Assembly: GCA_029570205.1 (NCBI GenBank)
Contig: JAKQSI010000090.1
Span: 37,674 to 101,673 of the forward strand
Length of the DNA stretch: 64,000 nucleotides
Reading direction: 5' to 3'
Origin: Candidatus Omnitrophota bacterium
GTDB taxonomy: Bacteria > Hinthialibacterota > Hinthialibacteria > Hinthialibacterales > JAKPRU01
The position numbers and the translations under genes are program-made. Shown one piece after another: positions 10,501 through 16,996 of the stretch. The notes under the pieces are model-generated. The model made no database searches. It was not told where the DNA came from and was given only the letters and a program-made list of their open reading frames with translations. Positions within the stretch are counted from its first letter, which is position 1. Each line of letters opens with the position of its first letter.

Positions 10501-12200
10501 TTGCCGCGCTGGACAGAGTTCCACGCTGGAACCGAGAGACAGTCGATGCGGTTATGGCGTTCTATACGAAGTTCACCGTAATGATCTCTCGTTTGAGCTA
10601 CGGTAACGTCAAACTGGCTCGGACGCTCGCAGAACGGGATCAACTGCTCAATGCCCTGCTCGAAGGTGAAACGATGTTGAGCGATGCGCAGGAGATGGCG
10701 GGTATGGGATCGTTCGTCTGGGACTTGCAAACCGATCGTGTGGAGTACTCCCGGAATGCGCTTGCGCTGGCGGGAGCCTCGCAGGGGGCATTCGCCAGTC
10801 GGATGGATCGCATCGTGCGGGGACTGGTCCATCCCGACGACCAGGCGCGTGTGAACGAAGAAATCCGGAAGATGCTGGAAGAGAGGGAAACCTGGCCCAT
10901 CGAGTTTCGCATCGTTCGCCCCGATGGTCAGGAACGGATTTGGCAGGCCCGTTTACGTTTCATAACGGATGAGTCGGGCAAACCGATCAAGTGTGTCGGA
11001 TTACAGTTGGACATTACGGAGCGCAAAGAGGCGGAAAAAGAAACGGAGAAGTTGCAAGCCCAGCTGTTTCAGGCGCAGAAAATGGAATCCGTCGGACGCC
11101 TGGCTGGAGGGGTGGCTCACGACTTCAACAACATGCTTCAGGCCATTTTCGGATATACGGACATGGCGCTGGATCAGGTGAATCCAGAACATCCGCTTTA
11201 CAGCAGTCTTCGGGGCATCCAGAAAGCCGCACAGCGTTCCGCCAATCTTACCCGCCAGTTGCTTGCCTTTGCGCGCAAACAAACTGTCAACCCCCGTATC
11301 CTGGACCTGAATGATGCCGTGACGGGCATGTTGAAAATGCTTCGGCGACTGATCGGGGAGAACATCGAGCTGACCTGGTTGCCCGCAGATACCCCCTGCA
11401 ACGTGAAAATAGATCCGTCCCAAATTGACCAGATCCTCGCCAATCTAACCGTCAATGCCCGCGATGCCATCAGGGGTGTCGGTCGGATTACCATCGAAAC
11501 CAGCCAGTTCGTTTTCGATGAAGCCTATTGCGCGACCCATGAAGGTACGAAGCCCGGCAAGTACATACTTTTGACTGTCAGCGATACCGGCTGCGGCATG
11601 GATAAGGAAACGCTGTCCCATGTCTTCGAGCCTTTCTTTACGACCAAAGAAGTAGGCGAGGGAACCGGTCTGGGGCTGGCCACCGTGTATGGAACCGTGA
11701 AACAGAACGACGGCTTTATCGAGGTGTATAGTGAGCCGGGGCGCGGGACAACCTTTAAAATCTACCTGCCTCACTATGAGAAAGACAGCGCTGTTGAATC
11801 GGCGGCCCCCTCCCTTCAAACGCCGCCGGGAGGAAAAGAAACAGTGCTTATCGTGGAAGACGATGAGGCCATTTTGAGCATGGCCGCCGATATCCTTGAA
11901 CGTCTGGGGTATACGGTTCTAAGCGCCGGCTCTCCTCAACAGGCGATTCAACTGGTCGAGCATCACACCGGAACCATTCATCTACTTGTTACCGATGTCG
12001 TGATGCCGCAGATGAACGGGAGAGTGTTAGCCAAACACCTTTTGTCTCTCAAACCCGGTCTCAAGTGCCTGTTTATGTCCGGCTACACAGCCGATATTAT
12101 TTCGCCTCGTGGAGTGCTGGAGGAAGGTGTGCGGTTTATCGAAAAGCCGTTTTCCATTTACAGTTTGGCAAAACGGGTCCGCGAAGCGCTGGAAAGCTGA
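7515..12200 (+). CDS. Hybrid sensor histidine kinase / response regulator with extracytoplasmic sensor domains (CHASE-like), multiple PAS/GAF domains, HisKA, HATPase_c and a C-terminal receiver domain
   Basis: Long ORF; the ATG at 7515 is preceded by AGGAG, and an alternative ATG lies at 7479. Four hydrophobic segments. CHASE-like block (WIPVVP...YYPVLYVEP...LFLFYPIY). H-box ESVGRLAGGVAHDFNNMLQ. N/G boxes (DTGCGMD, GEGTGLGLATV). Receiver domain (VLIVEDDEA...LLVTDVVMP). Confidence 0.85.
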   Translation: MNSIPKRLVVAFLLAMFATVIGGRWVADWREKVVDGAMRGDLLTQAEAIARVINPEWVKSLSFSEADKTNPVYRRLCSQMKAYAEAIGFRSLYSMALRDGNIVFGPESLDEGDPWASPPGTVYKEPSELDFQIFETGIPSVQGPVTDEYGTFVSAQAPVLDPDTNEVLLVIGIDVEAGEWQRAIDNARRTPILFTLALGLTLLGGIATLFLRDRFPARHRLHYTEACLTAALGILLTGIAAWALHQDQVSSRREVFKPLAFAEMVNVRGALDEIRACMTQISGFFEADEHVDRRAFHSYTRLLVRNRNLQALMWIPVVPAHSRENWEREIREEGFPEFVIYEKGDNGEFLPAPGRDFYYPVLYVEPMQGNERVLGCDFRSDPRYRTAMEEAAGTGLPVIIESTESFQATGGLKTLFLFYPIYSQSSKVSGEASSDTASSSLRGFVLGVICPQDMLTRVLNPFDREDVHTIVDLLEAQPGIPPRFLASSLRKHAEIHRVPGEIPQPKYTDFSMIYPLLVFNDTYLLVVYPTPTFFEANPARAGWVAGLMGMFITVVLTVFGLFLSNRRAELERQVSVRTAELQEAQQRFHTILDVTGTRIIIIDSEHNLQYVDPGWQRDRGDPTGRKCYEYFMGQDKPCEDCLAARALETGQVLVEEGPLTPENKRIFEVHRIPFQDQNGRRLVAEFSVDIDRRKRAEEALRDSQRQLLDIFNFLPDATFVIDTNRTVVAWNRAIEEMTGVKAKDILGKGDYEYALPFYGIRRPILIDLILEPNEDIKKRYHFVRREGDILLAQADVQIRGETLALWIIAKPLYNSHGDVVGAIECIRDITESEQARIALHKSEARVRRKLAAILDPEGDIGTLELSDILDVEALQAVMEEFYRVTRFSTAIIDVQGRVLVSSGWQDICTKYHRIHPETLRNCIESDTALTKGVPEGTYKLYQCKNGLWDVSTPIVVGGNHVGNLFLGQFLFEGEALDIELFRSKARQYGFDEKEYLAALDRVPRWNRETVDAVMAFYTKFTVMISRLSYGNVKLARTLAERDQLLNALLEGETMLSDAQEMAGMGSFVWDLQTDRVEYSRNALALAGASQGAFASRMDRIVRGLVHPDDQARVNEEIRKMLEERETWPIEFRIVRPDGQERIWQARLRFITDESGKPIKCVGLQLDITERKEAEKETEKLQAQLFQAQKMESVGRLAGGVAHDFNNMLQAIFGYTDMALDQVNPEHPLYSSLRGIQKAAQRSANLTRQLLAFARKQTVNPRILDLNDAVTGMLKMLRRLIGENIELTWLPADTPCNVKIDPSQIDQILANLTVNARDAIRGVGRITIETSQFVFDEAYCATHEGTKPGKYILLTVSDTGCGMDKETLSHVFEPFFTTKEVGEGTGLGLATVYGTVKQNDGFIEVYSEPGRGTTFKIYLPHYEKDSAVESAAPSLQTPPGGKETVLIVEDDEAILSMAADILERLGYTVLSAGSPQQAIQLVEHHTGTIHLLVTDVVMPQMNGRVLAKHLLSLKPGLKCLFMSGYTADIISPRGVLEEGVRFIEKPFSIYSLAKRVREALES

Positions 12201-12256
12201 CCGGGTTTCTCGTTGCGCCTCGCAGGGGGAGGGAAGAGGGTGACAGAACGGTCACC

Positions 12257-13240
12257 CTAAAAATTAAACTTGTCTATATTGTCTTTCGTGAAGATCAGCG
12301 GCGGGCCGAGCAAGACCTCATCCTCGTTAACTGTAATTGTGCCGAGCCGTCCGGCCTGAATCGTCCCGGGAGCCAGTTTGCCCTCATACAGAAGTTTCGC
12401 CGCATGGACTGTGAGATACCCCAAGTCCACCGGGTTCCAGAGAATGAATTTCTGACAGACCCCGGTTTTCACGTATTCGCGCATCTGTTCGGGCAGGGAG
12501 AGTCCGGTAACAAAGACCTTGCCGGTCATGCCGGATTGTTTGACCGCTTCCGCCGCACCGGGGAGCGAAACCGAGGTGATCCCGAACAGGCCTTTCAGGT
12601 TGGGGTACGCTTTCATAACATCCTGCGAGCGCTCAAATGCCATCTGGTGGTCTTCCTCGGATGCCCGAATGTCCACAATGGACATGCCGGGGTATTTCCG
12701 AATATGCTCGCGCATCCGTTCGATCCAGGCGTTTTGATTCTGCGCGGTCAGAGAGCCGGTGATAATGGCGGTCTCTCCCGCACCACCGATCCCCTCGGCC
12801 ATCACATCGATCAACGCCTTCCCGATATCGTTGTATGTGGCCTGGTTGATAAAAAAGTCGCGGCTGTCCCGGGCGGCATCGGCATCCCAGGCCAGAACCT
12901 TGATACCGCGCTCCCGCGCTTTTCGGAGGGCCGGTGCGACGGCATCCGGATCATTGGGGGCAACGGCAATCACATTGAATCCGCGCGCAATCCAGATATC
13001 GATCATCTCGGACTGCCGAGCCGGATCGTTAATAATGGGACCATCGTATTCCACGGTAAGTCCGAGTTCCTCTGCGGCCTTTTTTACCCCGATCTCGCAA
13101 GCATTGAAATAGGGGATGCCCACCAGTTTCGGCATGACCCCGATCAGCGGCCCTTCTGTTTTCTCGGCGGCTTTGCGACCACAGGAGAAAACTCCGGCAC
13201 ACACCAGCACGAGAATCAGCGCCCATTTAGCCTGTTTCAT
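12257..13240 (-). CDS. Periplasmic sugar-binding protein of an ABC transporter (LacI-type PBP fold, RhaS/LsrB-like); no cognate permease or ATPase in the window
   Basis: 327 aa. Lipoprotein-like signal (LVCAGVFSCG). Periplasmic-binding-protein blocks GVMPKLVGIPYFNA and GIKVLAWDADAA. Confidence 0.75.
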   Translation of the reverse strand: MKQAKWALILVLVCAGVFSCGRKAAEKTEGPLIGVMPKLVGIPYFNACEIGVKKAAEELGLTVEYDGPIINDPARQSEMIDIWIARGFNVIAVAPNDPDAVAPALRKARERGIKVLAWDADAARDSRDFFINQATYNDIGKALIDVMAEGIGGAGETAIITGSLTAQNQNAWIERMREHIRKYPGMSIVDIRASEEDHQMAFERSQDVMKAYPNLKGLFGITSVSLPGAAEAVKQSGMTGKVFVTGLSLPEQMREYVKTGVCQKFILWNPVDLGYLTVHAAKLLYEGKLAPGTIQAGRLGTITVNEDEVLLGPPLIFTKDNIDKFNF

Positions 13241-13356
13241 CGAATCATACCTCGTTTCCTCAAACTCGCCCTTCCGGGGACATCCCTGCCCAATTCAGGA
13301 ATCGGAATACCGTCCGCTGGGTTTCCCGGATAGCCTGACACAAGTACACTATAAGT

Positions 13357-14208
13357 ATGAATGAACCTGTGAAAGAACAACAGCCATCCGGCCAGGATGC
13401 GCCGACCATCCGCCTGAACAACCAGGCTCTCGCGGTGGATGTCAACCTGGTAACAGGTCGATTTCGAGTACGCGATCTGGTGACCGGTGTTATTTGGAAA
13501 ATGGACCCGTACATTCCCGAATCGGGCCGACTGGTTTTTTCCATGCAGGAGGAGACCTTGCCGCACAAGACCTACCTGCTGGGCAAGAAAGGAAAACGCG
13601 GAGTCCAATTCCGGCACAAATCTTCTTTTGTCCGCTCTGGGATTGAGGATGATTATTCTTCCCTCACGCTGGAGGGTCCGCTGGGAGACGACAAGGAAAC
13701 CCTGGTCGAAATTGAGTTCCTCTTGTCGGAGGCATTTCCAACTCTGGATTTCTTTCTTCGTGTTTCGGGAAACAGTAAAAACCGCTTGGAACAGATCGGT
13801 TTTCCAACCGGCCTTGCGATTACCACAGAGGAATCCGGCTCGATAATCGTGCCTCAGTCGAGCAGCCAGTTCCTGAAAGAAAACACGGATGAGATCGTGG
13901 AGAGTTTTCAATCGATGCACCCCGCGCGGGGCCGGTCGCGCCACGAGTTTTCTTTCTTTGCCATGACCAAGCAATCTCGAACGGGGCGGGAGTCGGGCTG
14001 CCTGGGATTTCTCGATTGCCTTCATGCCGAACTGGATGTGCGGTCGGATGAGACATTATCCGTTGCAACTCCCGGCACACGGAATGTCCGTGCTGCTCTC
14101 GATAACGGCAACCTCGATTACCGCTTCCAGTATCGTTTCATCCCGAATGTGACCGATGAAGCGATTGCCTGGCTGTGCCGGGAGCATTTACGGGAAATGA
14201 TGGGGTAG
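13357..14208 (+). CDS. Hypothetical protein
   Basis: 283 aa. No motif recognised. Preferred over the arginine-rich antisense ORF 13237..14025 on codon-composition grounds. Confidence 0.4.
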   Translation: MNEPVKEQQPSGQDAPTIRLNNQALAVDVNLVTGRFRVRDLVTGVIWKMDPYIPESGRLVFSMQEETLPHKTYLLGKKGKRGVQFRHKSSFVRSGIEDDYSSLTLEGPLGDDKETLVEIEFLLSEAFPTLDFFLRVSGNSKNRLEQIGFPTGLAITTEESGSIIVPQSSSQFLKENTDEIVESFQSMHPARGRSRHEFSFFAMTKQSRTGRESGCLGFLDCLHAELDVRSDETLSVATPGTRNVRAALDNGNLDYRFQYRFIPNVTDEAIAWLCREHLREMMG

Positions 14209-14283
14209 AAATTAGTAGTTGCATTATGCCGCCGCCTGTAGTATGATTTGGTCATGTTCCGGAGAAATTGAAGGGAAAAGGCA

Positions 14284-14448
14284 ATGGAAAATATGTCCTT
14301 TGTGTTGTACGTGTTGCTCCAGTGGACGCTATTTATCTTGATTTTCCTTGGTGCCTGCTACCTGATTAACAACGCGATCCGTAACGAAATCCGCAAGATT
14401 ATCCGAGAAGAGGGCAAGAAACTGCTCTCTGAGAAGCGTGAGGATTGA
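14284..14448 (+). CDS. Small membrane peptide (54 aa), paralog of 14536..14751
   Basis: Below the ORF-track length cutoff. Translation is MENMSFVLYVLLQWTLFILIFLGACYLINNAIRNEIRKIIREEGKKLLSEKRED: one TM helix plus a charged tail. An in-frame stop lies 5 codons upstream; the ATG is preceded by GAAGGGAAAAG. It shares the C-terminal ...IRxxG...EKRED motif and an upstream element with the next ORF. Confidence 0.45.
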   Translation: MENMSFVLYVLLQWTLFILIFLGACYLINNAIRNEIRKIIREEGKKLLSEKRED

Positions 14449-14535
14449 CACGCGGGGCAATAAGCTTGTAGTACCATCATGCCGCCTGCGGCATGATTCG
14501 GTCGATATCAGGAATAAGCGTGAAGGGAGAAAACC

Positions 14536-14751
14536 ATGAAGCTCGCCGAGGTTCTTTGCCTTCTATTGCCTGGGATGTTCCAACCCCCGGGCATCTATGA
14601 GATCGTATTCTTGCTGGTTATCTACCCCCTCATGCTCTTCATTCCCTGCTGCGTTCTCTACTACCTGATCCGCCTTGCGGTTCGACATGGCATCCGTGAC
14701 GTAATTCGGGAGCAAGGGAAGATGCCGTTGCCGGAGAAGCGTGAGGATTGA
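14536..14751 (+). CDS. Small membrane peptide (71 aa), paralog of 14284..14448
   Basis: Translation is MKLAEVLCLLLPGMFQPPGIYEIVFLLVIYPLMLFIPCCVLYYLIRLAVRHGIRDVIREQGKMPLPEKRED. It has the same EKRED C-terminus and a conserved 5' leader (atgccgcc..cctg.gcatgatt.ggtc ... gaagggagaaaa). Confidence 0.45.
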   Translation: MKLAEVLCLLLPGMFQPPGIYEIVFLLVIYPLMLFIPCCVLYYLIRLAVRHGIRDVIREQGKMPLPEKRED

Positions 14752-14767
14752 CAAAGGGTGAGAAAAA

Positions 14768-14802
14768 CCCTCACCCCGGCCCTCTCCCGGCGGGAGAGGG
14801 GG
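14768..14802. repeat. Copy of GC-rich hairpin repeat family A
   Basis: ccctcaccccggccctctcccggcgggagaggggg. Preceded by the hairpin gggtgag-aaaaa-ccctcacc. Confidence 0.5.
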
Positions 14803-14866
14803 AAACACCGTCGGGGGCAAGATGCCCCCGCTCCTATTTCATTATCGCCTCTTGCCGTCATTCCGG

Positions 14867-14898
14867 CGGAAGCCGGAATCCAGGCCATATTCGGTTGA
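14867..14898 (+). repeat. Copy of dispersed GC-rich hairpin repeat family B
   Basis: gtcattccggcggaagccggaatccaggccat (stem ttccggc / gccggaa, GNRA-like loop). Confidence 0.6.
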
Positions 14899-15022
14899 AT
14901 AACGCCGCATTTTCATCCCCCGTTCACGTCCTTTCGGGACTCCTGTATGCTCTTGCATTGACCGTCAAACCTCCACGCAACGGTTCTGAAATCTTCGCGT
15001 CAAAAACCAAGGAGATAAAACC

Positions 15023-15985
15023 ATGGAAATCACTCGACGTACCGTACTCAAAGGAATCGGCGCAGGAATGCTTGCATCCGGTTTCCTTACGGCGCTTCAA
15101 CAAACGCACGCCGCGGAAGGTCCCGCCGGTGTCAAAGTCGGAATGTGCGACTGGAACCTGGGGGGATCGTGCAATCCTGAACTGATCCCGAAAGCCAAAG
15201 AAGCCCACCTGGATGGGATTCAGGTCAGTGTCGGCTTGAACGCCAACAATATTCCACTGCGCAAGCCGGAAGTCCGGGATCGGTATCTGGCGCTGGGCAA
15301 GGAATACGGCATCGAGTTCTGCTCGGTGGCCGCCGGGGGGATTCTAAACGCCATCCCACTGGCGTCGGAACCGCAATCTGCGATGTATGTCCTGGACGCC
15401 ATTGAGGCGGCCAAAGCGCTGGGAAGCTCCTGTACATTGCTCGCTTTTTTCGGAGAGGGCGACCTGCGACTTCCCTATCCCGGCGGATACTACGGAACCG
15501 GCGAGGGATATCGGAACATCCGCAAAGATCCTGTATGGAAAGAGTGGGAATTGGATACATTGAAGGTTCGGCGGCTTGTGGATTTTCTTCGGCAGATTGT
15601 TCCCCGCGCAGAGGATGCCGGGGTGATTCTCGGGTTGGAGAATACCCTGTCGGCGGCCCAGAATCTGGACATTATTGACCGTGCAGGCGGTTCCCCGATG
15701 ATTCAGGTTTACTACGATGTCGGCAATTCGACGGGAGGCGGCTACGATGTGCCCGCGGAGATCCACCTGCTCGGCAAGGACCGGATTTGCGAGGTCCACC
15801 TGAAAGACTCGAAAACCCGCGTATTTGGAGTTCCGGATGCCCAGGTCGATATGGCCGCCTGCGCGAAGGCGTTCAAGGAAATCGGATACAGCAAGTGGTA
15901 TGTCCTGGAGACCAGCGGGCGGGACAAGCAGTTCCTTCCCGACACCCAGGCCAACGTCGCATTCACAAAGAAACTGTTTGGTTGA
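15023..15985 (+). CDS. Sugar phosphate isomerase/epimerase (xylose-isomerase-like TIM barrel), Tat-exported
   Basis: 320 aa. Tat motif TRRTVLKG. TIM-barrel blocks characteristic of the AP-endonuclease-2 / xylose-isomerase-like family. Usually found paired with ThuA. Confidence 0.75.
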   Translation: MEITRRTVLKGIGAGMLASGFLTALQQTHAAEGPAGVKVGMCDWNLGGSCNPELIPKAKEAHLDGIQVSVGLNANNIPLRKPEVRDRYLALGKEYGIEFCSVAAGGILNAIPLASEPQSAMYVLDAIEAAKALGSSCTLLAFFGEGDLRLPYPGGYYGTGEGYRNIRKDPVWKEWELDTLKVRRLVDFLRQIVPRAEDAGVILGLENTLSAAQNLDIIDRAGGSPMIQVYYDVGNSTGGGYDVPAEIHLLGKDRICEVHLKDSKTRVFGVPDAQVDMAACAKAFKEIGYSKWYVLETSGRDKQFLPDTQANVAFTKKLFG

Positions 15986-16008
15986 GTCGATAGAAAGGGA
16001 ACAATGAA

Positions 16009-16743
16009 GTGAGCGATCCGATTCGAGTTACGGTATGGAATGAATACCGGCATGAGAAAGTATCCCCGGAAATCGCCGCCATTTATCCGAAAGGCATTCA
16101 TGGCGCAATTGCCGATTACCTGCGAGACCGTCGCGGGATGAAAGTCTGCACGGCGACACTGGATGAGCCGGACCACGGCCTGACCGAGGCGGCGCTGGCG
16201 GATACGGATGTGCTGATCTGGTGGGGACACACGGCGCACGATGCCGTGAAGGACGAAGTTGTCGAAAGAGTCCACAAGCGCGTATTGGACGGCATGGGCC
16301 TGATCGCGCTGCATTCCGCGCATTTTTCGAAGATTTTCCGCAAATTGATGGGAACGACCTGCGAACTCAAATGGCGCGAGGCCGCCGAAAAAGAGCGCCT
16401 GTGGGTAATCGAACCGAGCCATCCCATTGTCAAAGGTCTGGGCGAATATATCGAACTGGAACATACCGAGATGTACGGCGAACGGTTTGACGTTCCACCG
16501 CCGGACGTGCTGGTTTTCGTGAGCTGGTTCGAGGGCGGAGAGGTGTTCCGAAGCGGGTGTGTCTATTACCGGTCGCGCGGCAAGGTGTTCTATTTTCGTC
16601 CCGGCCACGAGACCTATCCGATTTATCACAATCCTCAAGTCTTACAGGTCATCGGAAACGCGGCGGAATGGCTCGCACCTGTCGAATGCCCCAAGCCGAC
16701 ATACGGAAACGTACAGCCGCTGGAGAAAATTGGGGAGAAGTAA
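16009..16743 (+). CDS. thuA: ThuA-family protein (trehalose-utilisation, class-I glutamine-amidotransferase-like fold)
   Basis: 244 aa. ThuA-typical blocks [38 protein letters not shown] and [12 protein letters not shown]. Confidence 0.85.
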   Translation: MSDPIRVTVWNEYRHEKVSPEIAAIYPKGIHGAIADYLRDRRGMKVCTATLDEPDHGLTEAALADTDVLIWWGHTAHDAVKDEVVERVHKRVLDGMGLIALHSAHFSKIFRKLMGTTCELKWREAAEKERLWVIEPSHPIVKGLGEYIELEHTEMYGERFDVPPPDVLVFVSWFEGGEVFRSGCVYYRSRGKVFYFRPGHETYPIYHNPQVLQVIGNAAEWLAPVECPKPTYGNVQPLEKIGEK

Positions 16744-16900
16744 GACAGCGGCGCGGCAGCCCCACCCTCATTCATCCTGCCTGCTCCGGCAAGGGCCGGA
16801 AATCCACGAAAAAATCTGAACCGTGATTCGTACGATTATAGGATGAAGAAAAAGGAATCAGGGTAATCCTTCAATCAGGCGAATCAGGGTTCAGACAATC

Positions 16901-16930
16901 CGATCCGGCAAAGGCCGGAATCCAGGTCAT
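16901..16930 (+). repeat. Copy of dispersed GC-rich hairpin repeat family B
   Basis: cgatccggcaaaggccggaatccaggtcat. A degenerate second copy, ctccggcaagggccggaaatcc, lies at ~16783-16806. Confidence 0.55.
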
Positions 16931-16996
16931 TAAACCAACAGCGGCGGGATTTCATTGAAATCCCGCCGCTGCATTCTTCATTGAATCAATGGCGAC

